Positions 37,770 through 50,276 of a DNA stretch of 64,000 nucleotides are shown here, in pieces. Position 1 is the stretch's first letter. Each line of letters opens with the position of its first letter. This DNA comes from an uncultured bacterium (lineage in GTDB: Bacteria > UBA8481), in the NCBI GenBank assembly GCA_964499705.1, contig CAZCME010000001.1, positions 385,243 through 449,242 on the forward strand, written 5' to 3'. The notes beneath the pieces are model-generated. The model was not told the DNA's origin and did not search any database. It saw nothing but the letters and a program-made list of their open reading frames with translations. Both the position numbers and the translations under genes were made by a program.

Positions 37770-39565
37770 CAGTCAGCCTCCCGGACGGGAGGCCCGTCGG
37801 ACGGGGAGACTTCCCCTCGAGCGGAATCACTTCCGGATGTCGAATCCGACGCGCGTGTTCCGTTCGGAAGCGGCTCGCCCTTTTTCGCGCGGGCCAGGCC
37901 CAGTTTCATCGCGCTCATGCGCGGCGATCTCGGCGCTTCCTTAATCCCCGTCTCATACGCCCAGATCGCGTTGCCCGGCCGCCCCAGGGATTCATACGCC
38001 TCGCCGAGATTGCCGTACGCGTAGGATTGATTCTTCTGGATCCGGATCGCTTCGAGATAGCACGCGACGGCCAGTTCCCGTTCCTTTCGCTGAAACGCGG
38101 CGACGCCGAAGTTATTCCAGAGATTGGCCGCGCCTCGATCGCGCACCCCGTTTCCCCTGAGCCGAATTCCCTCCCGAAGAACGGTATACGCTTCTTCGCC
38201 TCTCTTGAGATGCCACAGGAGGCAGTTGCCCGCCTCCTCGAAATTGCGCGAGTAATCATCCTCCACTTCCGTGCCTTTCAGCCACGCGCTCGCCGCCTCC
38301 TCATGCCGATCCATCGCATGCAACATCTGGCCGCGATGCCGATATAGTTCTCCGGCCCACGGCGCGAGCTGGATCGCTCTGTCATACGTTTCAAGAGCCG
38401 GTATCTTATCGGCTTCGTTGTCGATCGTCTCTCCCAGAAAGTGATAGCAGTCCACGTTCTCGAATCCCAGCGAGATCGCTTTTCGATACGCCGCGATCGC
38501 TTCCGGCACTCTTTTTCCGTACCGGAGCGCCTGCGCCAGCTGATACAAGGTGCGATTGTGCTGATCGCCCATGCCCGCGGAGATCGCCGCCGTGAAATGA
38601 TTCACCGCCGTGGAGTAGTCGCGCCTGAGATACGCGAGCTTGGCGAGAACATAGTGCATCATTCCCTTCGCGGCGCCTTTCATGGACCGTTCATCCACGC
38701 CCTTCATGTAAGCCTCGACCTCGTTGCGATGCCGCGCGAGCCTCGCATTGGCCCAGACAAGCATCGCCAGGGGATCCTGGCTCCGAACCTGGGAAATCCG
38801 ATCCGCGATGAACTGAGCCTGTGCTCCGGAGCCCTCATCCCAGAGCTTGAAGTATAGCGACAGCAGCGCGGCACCGGGCTGGTCCGCCTGCTGCTGAAGA
38901 CGCAATTTCCATCTCAGGGCTTCCACTCCCATCATGTCGGGCTGCGCGAGAATCTGGAGAAAGGCATCCGCCTCGAAAGGCCTGCGCGCTTTCGCATGCG
39001 CCGATGGAGCATCGCGAATGAAATGGACGATCGGAAGCTGCATCGTGGGATCGGTGATCCCGCACTTCTCCCAGTCCGGATCGCCCTTCGGCCGATACAC
39101 CTTAAGGGTCCCGGCAAACCGCCGCGCGAAATCGGCGGAAACGGCACTGTCGCGGCCGGCGTCGAGGAGGATCGGTGTCAGGGGAACACCCTCCGACTGG
39201 AACCATCTCAGGAGAGAAACCGCATCGCGGGATTGCTCGTTCGGCTTGTAGATAACGAGCGCGGAAATGACGCCCGGCCTGGTCAGCGATCCGAGCGGCA
39301 CCGCGCCGCCGCCTGATAACGGCTCCACATCGATTGCGGGCATCTTTCCTTCGGGAAGTTCAGCCGGTTCCCGTAACTTCGATTTCATGCCCGCGATCAA
39401 CTCCCGCTGATAATCCTCCTCGCGCGGCGATTGCGAACCGGGAATAACCGTCGCCTGATCGACGGGCGGGGATTTCCCTCCGCAGGAGAAGAGCGCGATA
39501 CCGGTCAGCAGTAGAATAAATAGGCAGGCGATATTTACGATCGATGGCGTATGGAGCGGTCGCAT
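37769..39565 (-). CDS. TPR lipoprotein with possible degenerate thioredoxin-like N-terminal domain
   Basis: Lipobox LFS-C; C-terminal TPR repeats (LWNNFG.., AYGNLGEAY); start uncertain. Confidence 0.8.
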   Translation of the reverse strand: MRPLHTPSIVNIACLFILLLTGIALFSCGGKSPPVDQATVIPGSQSPREEDYQRELIAGMKSKLREPAELPEGKMPAIDVEPLSGGGAVPLGSLTRPGVISALVIYKPNEQSRDAVSLLRWFQSEGVPLTPILLDAGRDSAVSADFARRFAGTLKVYRPKGDPDWEKCGITDPTMQLPIVHFIRDAPSAHAKARRPFEADAFLQILAQPDMMGVEALRWKLRLQQQADQPGAALLSLYFKLWDEGSGAQAQFIADRISQVRSQDPLAMLVWANARLARHRNEVEAYMKGVDERSMKGAAKGMMHYVLAKLAYLRRDYSTAVNHFTAAISAGMGDQHNRTLYQLAQALRYGKRVPEAIAAYRKAISLGFENVDCYHFLGETIDNEADKIPALETYDRAIQLAPWAGELYRHRGQMLHAMDRHEEAASAWLKGTEVEDDYSRNFEEAGNCLLWHLKRGEEAYTVLREGIRLRGNGVRDRGAANLWNNFGVAAFQRKERELAVACYLEAIRIQKNQSYAYGNLGEAYESLGRPGNAIWAYETGIKEAPRSPRMSAMKLGLARAKKGEPLPNGTRASDSTSGSDSARGEVSPSDGPPVREAD

Positions 39566-39584
39566 TGGATGGAGATTAACATAG

Positions 39585-39612
39585 AAATCCAAAATCCCAA
39601 ATCTCAAATCCC
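39585..39612. repeat. Heptamer tandem repeat (AAATCCC)x4, imperfect
   Basis: AAATCCA AAATCCC AAATCTC AAATCCC. Confidence 0.8.
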
Positions 39613-39687
39613 AAAGTTACCTGCGCAGGATGACTTTAGGATTTATTTTAACCGTTCAGTCACGAATTTCGTCGCCGTTGCCGTAGT

Positions 39688-39780
39688 CGTTGACGTCGCC
39701 GTCGCCGTCGCCGTCGTCGGATTTGACAGGATTAAGTATGAGTAGTTTTCTCTTCGGCGACGGCGACGGCGACGTCAACG
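39688..39780. repeat. Perfect 26-bp inverted repeat built from GTCGCC hexamers, 41-nt spacer
   Basis: 39688-39713 cgttgacgtcgccgtcgccgtcgccg is the exact reverse complement of 39755-39780. Confidence 0.9.
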
Positions 39781-39835
39781 GAAACGCCAAGGGCATCGAC
39801 GACGGTGCATAAAACAGGTGAACGGTTACGAATTA

Positions 39836-41044
39836 TTAATACACGAATCCCTCTATTCGATAAGGGATGATCTGGATGTGGCCGGGAAGAATTTTCCGCA
39901 ACGAAGTTTCCTGATCGGTCATCTCCGTGTCGGACAGGGGCGTCAGATCGAGCCGGCCGTAGGGGGCGCCGGGATCGAGGACGAGGCGGGAGAAGAAGAT
40001 CTTGTCGTCGACACCGAGCGAGCACTCGTCGATGATGCGCGCCGTATGGATCACGTGTTCCTCATGATGCTCGCGACCGCCAAGGCCGATGATGATCATC
40101 AGGCTGATCGAGAGTCCCGCCTTCTTCGCAGTGCGCACGCCGGCGACGACGTCCGATGCGGGACCAGGCTTGGAGACAAGCTTCCTGATGTTGTCACTGC
40201 CGGACTCCAGGCCGATGTAGATTCTGCATAGCCCGCGCTTTATCAGCTCGGCATATCCTTCGGGCTGCGATGGAATGTTCGGGCCGAACGCATCCTGGAA
40301 CGCCACGATCCCGGGACCGGTCCTGTTCCACATCTCCGGGAAGATGTGCCGCGCCGCGAGCAGCCGGTCGGCGAGCGCGTCCGGTTCCATGTCGAGGGCG
40401 TTGGCATCGCCGAGAAAGAGTCCGTGTCGCGTGGAGATGCTCGCGCCGAAGAGTTCCCGCGCATCGCTCAGGTGTTCGTGCCATTCTGCATCGCTCCGCA
40501 CATGATGCGCCTTGTCCCAGTAGAGCGTGCAGAAACCGCAGCGATGATAGCGGCAGCCGATGACGGGCTGGAGATAGAGGGCGAGATACTGGTCCGGCGG
40601 CAGGATGGGAATATGGCCGTATACTTTCCTGAAGAGCGCGATGTTCTGGGCATACCGTTTCTCGTCCCATCCGCGGATCTTCTCGAACCCGGCCTCGATC
40701 TGCCGCTGGCTGGTGGAACGGAGCGGCTTGCGGAATCCGCGCTGCCATTCGTCGCGCGCGACCATCGCGCGTTCGTGCAGAATATGCGTTATCTTGAGCG
40801 CATCCGCATCGGAAATCCTCGTCGGAACCGCGGGATCCTGGCCTCGCGTCGCGCGTTCCACGCGGGTCACGATGCCGCTCATGCCTCGACGATACCGCCA
40901 TGTTCCCGCCAGGGCGTTGAACCAGCGGCCCTCGTGGTCGAAGCTGACCGAGAAATCCTCCTCGTCGCCGATGACGAAGAGGTCGGGGCGGAGATCCAGG
41001 AACTTGACCAGAGTTCCTCGCCCGTGCGTTTGCAATGCAGGCAT
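39836..41044 (-). CDS. Radical SAM protein
   Basis: CxxxCxxC motif CRYHRCGFC; FLGDANAL; IYIGLESG; IIGLGG. Confidence 0.9.
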   Translation of the reverse strand: MPALQTHGRGTLVKFLDLRPDLFVIGDEEDFSVSFDHEGRWFNALAGTWRYRRGMSGIVTRVERATRGQDPAVPTRISDADALKITHILHERAMVARDEWQRGFRKPLRSTSQRQIEAGFEKIRGWDEKRYAQNIALFRKVYGHIPILPPDQYLALYLQPVIGCRYHRCGFCTLYWDKAHHVRSDAEWHEHLSDARELFGASISTRHGLFLGDANALDMEPDALADRLLAARHIFPEMWNRTGPGIVAFQDAFGPNIPSQPEGYAELIKRGLCRIYIGLESGSDNIRKLVSKPGPASDVVAGVRTAKKAGLSISLMIIIGLGGREHHEEHVIHTARIIDECSLGVDDKIFFSRLVLDPGAPYGRLDLTPLSDTEMTDQETSLRKILPGHIQIIPYRIEGFVY

Positions 41045-41227
41045 GTTCTATTATTGTCCTGCAGGGACTGTGCCATGCGGTTTGTAGGATTCCGCCCTAA
41101 GGCCGCCCGCCTTCTCTGCCTACTCCGGTTGGCGATCCGGTTCACACCTGCCAAGTCGAGTTTACAGTCTGCTATATATCGGAGCTGTAACTCCTGTGTT
41201 CATAGCATCGGTGCGATCGGGGAGGCA

Positions 41228-41243
41228 TGGCACGCTCCATGCC
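41228..41243 (+). promoter_or_regulatory. Candidate sigma-54 (-24/-12) promoter of the nar-act operon
   Basis: TGGCACG-CTCC-ATGC matches TGGCACG-N4-TTGC with one mismatch and correct GG/GC spacing. Confidence 0.4.
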
Positions 41244-41255
41244 CTGTAAACCGGC

Positions 41256-42142
41256 ATGACGAAAGCACTTCCTCGCCTCGCCGCATCCATTCTCATTTCT
41301 GGCATTACGGCCGTCTCTGTCTCGGCCCAGGACGTCGCTGCTTTCTTCAAGGGGAACTGTGCAAGTTGCCACACGATCGGCGGCGGAAAGCTCACTGGTC
41401 CCGATCTCCGGAATGTCACAGAGCGACAGGACCGCGCTTGGCTCCAGCGTTTTATCTCCGATCCTCCCGCTCTTCTTTCGTCCGGAGACGTCTACGCGCA
41501 GAAACTTCTCTCCGAGGCTCGTGGTGTTGTCATGCAGAAGGTCGCGGGCATGACGCCGGACCTTGCGGGAAAGCTCCTCGATTTCATCGAGTCTGAATCG
41601 GGTAAGGAACCGTCGGCCTCCGCGAATGCCCTGCGACTCCTGACTCCGGAGGCCGCCGAAAACGGCCGGCTCATTTTCGTGGGCGACAGGCGTCTTTCTC
41701 TCGCCGGCGCCCCCTGCATCTCCTGCCACACGATCGAGGGGCTCCGCAATCTCGGCGGCGGAATGCTCGGCCCCGACCTTACCGAGGTCTACTCGCGGCT
41801 TGGCGGTGAGCGCGGACTCTCAGCCTGGCTTTCGTCTCCCGCGTCGCCGACGATGAAGCCGCTGTTTGGAGAGAATCCCTTTTCGGACGACGAGATCACG
41901 ATGCTCGTTTCCTTCTTCAAGTCGACGGCGGAACGCAGGAGCTTGATTTCCGCCGGGCCGGCGGGATCCGGGCACGACGTCAGTGGTCAGGCGCCGTCCC
42001 TGTTTAACTCCACGATGGTCTTCCTCGTCATCGGGCTCATCGCCACCGTCGCCGGTCTATCCTCCATGGACTGGATCTGGCGCCGCCGATTCCGCTCCGT
42101 GCGCGAACCTATGGTTCGTAGCAACCTCTCAAGGAGCGAAAC

Positions 42143-42146
<4 letters not shown>
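41256..42146 (+). CDS. narC: Periplasmic diheme cytochrome c with C-terminal membrane anchor (NarC-like)
   Basis: Signal peptide; CASCH and CISCH, each followed by GPDL; C-terminal TM; ATGA overlap with narG. Confidence 0.8.
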
Positions 42147-45821
<3,675 letters not shown>

Positions 45822-45823
<2 letters not shown>

Positions 45824-45857
45824 TGAGAAGGATGATGGATGAGGCGGGGATGAGGAG
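45822..45857. repeat. Degenerate GATGA(G/T)G repeats between narG and narH
   Basis: GATGAGA AG GATGATG GATGAGG CGGG GATGAGG. Confidence 0.55.
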
Positions 45858-45863
45858 CATGTC

Positions 45864-47354
45864 ATGAACGTACGCGCGCAGATTTCGATGGTGTTTCATC
45901 TCGACAAGTGCATCGGGTGCCATACGTGCTCCGTGGCCTGTAAGAACGTCTGGACGGACCGCAAGGGCACCGAGTACATGTGGTGGAACAACGTGGAGAC
46001 GAAACCGGGGACGGGATACCCGACGAAGTGGGAGGATCAGTCGAAGTACAACGGAGGATGGAAGGTCGAGGATGGCAAGCTGAAGCTCCGGTCCACTTCG
46101 AAGTCGCGCTCCCTGACGGACATCTTTCACAATCCGAACATGCCGACGATGGACGATTACTACGAGCCGTGGACGTACAAATACGACGAGCTCTTTAGCG
46201 CGCCGGAGGGAGACGATCAGCCGACGGCGCGGCCCATCTCCATGGTCTCGGGACAGCCGATCGACATCAAGGCGGGACCGAACTGGGACGACGATCTCGG
46301 CGGCTCGAAAATCTACGCCGCGAACGATCCGAACCTGGAGGCGCTTACGCCCGAGCAGCGCGCGCAGCTTTCCGCGATCGAGCGGCTCGTCTTCTTCTAC
46401 CTTCCCCGCATCTGCAACCACTGCCTCAATCCCGCGTGCGTCGCGGCTTGTCCGTCCGGAGCGATCTACAAGCGAGGGGAGGACGGCATCGTTCTCATCG
46501 ACCAGAAGGTCTGCCGCGGCTGGCGCGCCTGCACCGCCGCCTGTCCCTACAAGAAGACGTACTTCAACTGGTCCACCGGAAAGTCGGAGAAGTGCCTCCT
46601 GTGCTTTCCGCGGCTCGAGACGGGCCAGGCGCCCGCCTGCTTTCATTCCTGTGTCGGGCGCATCCGCTACCTCGGCGTGCTCCTGTATGACGCGGACATG
46701 ATGGAGGAAGTCGCGAAGACGCCCAACGAGGAACTGGTGGAGGCGCAGCGACGGATGATCCTCGATCCGTTCGATCCGGATGTCATCCGCGAGGCGCGGA
46801 AGAACGGTCTGCACGAATCCATGATCCAGGCCGCGCAGGAATCGCCTGTCTACCAGTTCGTCAAGGTGTGGAAGATCGCGCTGCCTCCGCACCTGGAGTA
46901 TCGGACGCTGCCGATGCTCTTCTACGTCCCGCCGCTTCTTCCCGTCATGTCGCAGCGGAACGGCGAGACGGTCTCCAATATCTCGGAAGATCTCTTTCAC
47001 GATATCGACCAGGCGCGCGCTCCGATGGCCTTTCTCGGCAATCTGCTCGGCGCGGGCAACGACGGCGTCGTGCGCTACGCGCTCCGCAAGCAGATGGCCG
47101 TCCGGACGCATCGCCGCGCGGTGACCGTGGGAGACATCAGCCGGGAGACGGCCGATCGGCTCCTTTCTGCGGCCGAGTGCACTCCGGAGGAAGCGGACGC
47201 GATCTTCAAGCTCTCGTCGCTCGCCACGTTCGAGGATCGCTTCGTCATTCCGGCGTCGCATCGCGAGGAGGCGATCGAGATGATGAAGGACCCGCTGGAA
47301 CACAAGCAGGAGGTCGGATTCGGATTCTTCGACGGCCCGAGACGAGGGCTGTGA
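45864..47354 (+). CDS. narH: Respiratory nitrate reductase beta subunit
   Basis: LDKCIGCHTCSVACK, WWNNVETKPG, CNHCLNPACVAAC, CRGWRAC, CVGRIRY. Confidence 0.96.
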   Translation: MNVRAQISMVFHLDKCIGCHTCSVACKNVWTDRKGTEYMWWNNVETKPGTGYPTKWEDQSKYNGGWKVEDGKLKLRSTSKSRSLTDIFHNPNMPTMDDYYEPWTYKYDELFSAPEGDDQPTARPISMVSGQPIDIKAGPNWDDDLGGSKIYAANDPNLEALTPEQRAQLSAIERLVFFYLPRICNHCLNPACVAACPSGAIYKRGEDGIVLIDQKVCRGWRACTAACPYKKTYFNWSTGKSEKCLLCFPRLETGQAPACFHSCVGRIRYLGVLLYDADMMEEVAKTPNEELVEAQRRMILDPFDPDVIREARKNGLHESMIQAAQESPVYQFVKVWKIALPPHLEYRTLPMLFYVPPLLPVMSQRNGETVSNISEDLFHDIDQARAPMAFLGNLLGAGNDGVVRYALRKQMAVRTHRRAVTVGDISRETADRLLSAAECTPEEADAIFKLSSLATFEDRFVIPASHREEAIEMMKDPLEHKQEVGFGFFDGPRRGL

Positions 47355-47360
47355 GAGAAA

Positions 47361-47388
47361 GATGCAGGATGACATATGAAGGATGAAG
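47361..47388. repeat. Heptamer tandem repeat (GATGAAG)x4, imperfect, spanning the narJ start
   Basis: GATGCAG GATGACA TATGAAG GATGAAG. Confidence 0.65.
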
Positions 47389-48002
47389 TGATGCTGGGAA
47401 AGCTCGCGGCCCTGGCCGCGCTGATCGGATATCCGGACGCGCGAATCGGCTCGGTCGCGGCGTCTGCATGGGCCGCCGACGCATGTCCCAATGACGAGAG
47501 CCGGGCCGCCATGATGCGTTTTTCCTCGATTGTCGCGGTCTCGACACTCTCCGACATGGAGGAACTCTTCACGCGCACGTTCGACATCAATCCGGTCTGC
47601 TCCTTCGAGATCGGCTGGCATCTCTTCGGGGAACAGTACGAGCGGGGTGCGTTCATGGTGAGGATGCGCGGCTTGATGCGGCAATTTGACATCGAGGAAT
47701 CGGCGGAACTGCCGGACCATCTCGCGCACGCTCTGCTTCTCATCGATCGCATGCCCTCGGACGAGGCGGCGAAGCTCGCGCGGGAAATCCTTCCCGCCGT
47801 CGTGAAGATGCTGGACGGGCTTTCAGACAGGAAAGCGGAGGGAAATCCCTATCGAGACCTGATGTTCGTGATCATGGAAGCGATCCGGACGATCTGCATG
47901 AAGGATGCGGAGTCGGATCAATCCGGACTGCCCGCCGGTCCTTGTTCGCGGCGAGATCATTCCCGGTTCGCGGCTTCAGGGAGTTGTGCTCATGTCGATT
48001 GA
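47376..48002 (+). CDS. narJ: Nitrate reductase molybdenum cofactor assembly chaperone
   Basis: LIGYP, ELFTRTFD, GEQYERG, ELPDHL, NPY; position between narH and narI; start could be slightly later. Confidence 0.88.
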   Translation: MKDEVMLGKLAALAALIGYPDARIGSVAASAWAADACPNDESRAAMMRFSSIVAVSTLSDMEELFTRTFDINPVCSFEIGWHLFGEQYERGAFMVRMRGLMRQFDIEESAELPDHLAHALLLIDRMPSDEAAKLAREILPAVVKMLDGLSDRKAEGNPYRDLMFVIMEAIRTICMKDAESDQSGLPAGPCSRRDHSRFAASGSCAHVD

Positions 48003-48696
48003 TCACGATGTTCTGCTCTTCGCCGTCTTTCCCTACGTCGCTTTTGTCCTCCGGCAGATCGTCGAGATCCAGCGATACGCCGGCCGCCCGTTCACGTTTT
48101 CGAGTCTCTCCTCGCAGTTTCTCGAAAACCGGCATCACTTCTGGGGATCGGTGCCGTTTCACTACGGCCTTCTGACCGTGCTGGCGGGCCACTTCGTGGC
48201 CTTTCTCGTGCCGCGCGGAATCCTGCTCTGGAACGGTCATCCGCTCCGGTTGTATATACTCGAGCTTTCCGCATTCGTCTTTGGCGTGCTGGCGCTGGTC
48301 GGGATCGTGAACATCATCCTCCGCCGCTTCTTCAATCCGAAGCTGATGGTGGTCACCTCGGTGATGGATCGCGTCCTCTTCGGCGTGCTCTTCTTCCAGA
48401 TGCTCTCCGGCCTCTCGATCGCGGTCTTCTATCGATGGGGCTCCTCGTGGTACGCCTCAGCCATGTCGCCCTACCTCTGGTCGCTTGTGACGCTCCGGCC
48501 TGACATCAGCTTCATCGCGCCGATGCCGCTGCTCGTCAAGTTCCACGTCGCCAACGCCTATCTCATCCTCGCGCTCATTCCGTATTCCCGGCTTGTCCAT
48601 TTTCTCGTGGCGCCGTTTCCCTATCTCTGGCGACGGCCGCAGATCGTGCGGTGGAATTATGACCGGCGGCGTATCCGCATGGAGGAACCTCGATGA
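47992..48696 (+). CDS. narI: Respiratory nitrate reductase gamma subunit (cytochrome b)
   Basis: FPYVA, SSLSSQFLE, FHYG...GH, KFH...PYSRLVH (four His ligands); ATG 47992 after AGGGAG. Confidence 0.92.
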   Translation: MSIDHDVLLFAVFPYVAFVLRQIVEIQRYAGRPFTFSSLSSQFLENRHHFWGSVPFHYGLLTVLAGHFVAFLVPRGILLWNGHPLRLYILELSAFVFGVLALVGIVNIILRRFFNPKLMVVTSVMDRVLFGVLFFQMLSGLSIAVFYRWGSSWYASAMSPYLWSLVTLRPDISFIAPMPLLVKFHVANAYLILALIPYSRLVHFLVAPFPYLWRRPQIVRWNYDRRRIRMEEPR

Positions 48697-50276
48697 ACGA
48701 CCGGCGGAAAGCAGTCACGGTCCTGACATTGAACACCCTCGCGTTCACCGTCTGTTTCGCGGTCTGGATGATGAACGGCGTCCTCATCACGTTTCTCGTG
48801 GAGAACGGCGTCTTCACGTGGAGCAAATCGCAGATCGGGTGGCTCATCGGGATTCCCGTACTGACCGGTTCGCTCGTCCGCCTGCCCGTCGGCGTCCTGA
48901 CGGACAAGTACGGCGGCAGGATCGTGTACACGGGCGTGCTTCTCGTCTCCGCGTTCGCGACGTACCTCGCGAGCTACGCGAACAGTTACAACGAATTTCT
49001 TCTCGCCGGACTGGGTTTCGGTCTCTCGGGCACCGCCTTCGCGGTCGGGATCGCCTACACGTCGGTCTGGTTCCGCAAGGAGCACCAGGGCACGGCGCTC
49101 GGCATCTTCGGCATCGGCAACGCGGGCGCGGCCTTCACCAGCATGGCGGCGCCCTCGATCCTGAAGTATCTGACGCAGAACGGCGCGAATCTCGAAGGAT
49201 GGCGGAATCTTCCCCGGCTTTACGCCGCGGCGCTCGCGGTGACCGCGGTCGTCTTCTATTTTCTGACGTACGACCGCACGGTTTCGAACGGCGCGGGCCG
49301 GTCTCTTTCGGAACGACTGGCCCCGCTGAAGATCGTTCGCGTCTGGCGGTTCGGGCTCTATTACTTCTTCGTCTTTGGCGGTTATGTCGCCCTGTCGCAG
49401 TGGATGATTCCCTACTACGTCAGCGCCTACCAGATGTCGATCGCGACCGCAGGGCTCCTCGCCGCGACCTTCAGCCTTCCCTCGGGCGTCATCCGTGCTC
49501 TCGGCGGATGGATGTCGGATCGATGGGGAGCGCGGTCGATCATGTACTGGGTGCTCGGGGTGAGCCTCGTCTGCTGCGTGCTCCTCTTCGCGCCGCGGAT
49601 GGACATCATGACGCCGGGGGCCGGCGTCAACGCTCATGTCGGAGGAACCGTCGTCTCGGCAACTCCGGATCTGATCGAGCTCAACACGAAGGCGGGACTC
49701 CTGAAGTTCCCGGTCCGCGCCCAGGTTCTTGACGGGAACGAAGCGGTCTCCGAGGAGATGATGGTGCTGCCCGCGGTCCGGTCGTGGCAGGAGCCTGTTG
49801 TCAGTGCGGGCGACGTCATCGTCAGGAAACAGCTCCTCGCGCGCGGCGTGACGCACATCTTCTTCCAGGCCAATGTCTGGATCTTCACGATCATCGTCTT
49901 CGTCCTCGGCATCGCGATGGGGATCGGCAAGGCCGCGGTCTATAAGTACATCCCGGATTATTTTCCGAATGATGTCGGCGTGGTCGGAGGAATCGTCGGC
50001 GTCATCGGAGGACTCGGCGGATTCGTCTGCCCGATCATCTTCGGCTACATGCTCGAATCGACCGGGCTCTGGACCACCTGTTGGATGTTCTTCGCCGCGC
50101 TCGTCGCCGTCAGTCTCGCCTGGATGCATCTCGTCATCCGCCGTCTGATGGCCGCTCATGCGCCGCAGGCGATCCGGCACATCGAGGACGGTCATGCGCA
50201 CGTTCACTTTCCCGAGCGGTCCCTTCGCAGGCAGGAATCGCCGGCTCCCGCGTCCATCGAGGCGATTTCTTCGTGA
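48693..50276 (+). CDS. narK: NarK/NasA family nitrate/nitrite MFS transporter with inserted soluble domain
   Basis: FTVCFAVW, PVLTGSLVRLP.G.LTDKYGGR, GIFGIGNAG, GIGKAAVYK, GGLGGF. Confidence 0.9.
   Translation: MNDRRKAVTVLTLNTLAFTVCFAVWMMNGVLITFLVENGVFTWSKSQIGWLIGIPVLTGSLVRLPVGVLTDKYGGRIVYTGVLLVSAFATYLASYANSYNEFLLAGLGFGLSGTAFAVGIAYTSVWFRKEHQGTALGIFGIGNAGAAFTSMAAPSILKYLTQNGANLEGWRNLPRLYAAALAVTAVVFYFLTYDRTVSNGAGRSLSERLAPLKIVRVWRFGLYYFFVFGGYVALSQWMIPYYVSAYQMSIATAGLLAATFSLPSGVIRALGGWMSDRWGARSIMYWVLGVSLVCCVLLFAPRMDIMTPGAGVNAHVGGTVVSATPDLIELNTKAGLLKFPVRAQVLDGNEAVSEEMMVLPAVRSWQEPVVSAGDVIVRKQLLARGVTHIFFQANVWIFTIIVFVLGIAMGIGKAAVYKYIPDYFPNDVGVVGGIVGVIGGLGGFVCPIIFGYMLESTGLWTTCWMFFAALVAVSLAWMHLVIRRLMAAHAPQAIRHIEDGHAHVHFPERSLRRQESPAPASIEAISS

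Noticed and set aside
39585-39805. CRISPR array or IS ends
   Set aside because: No direct repeat-spacer periodicity, no cas or transposase gene, no clear target-site duplication
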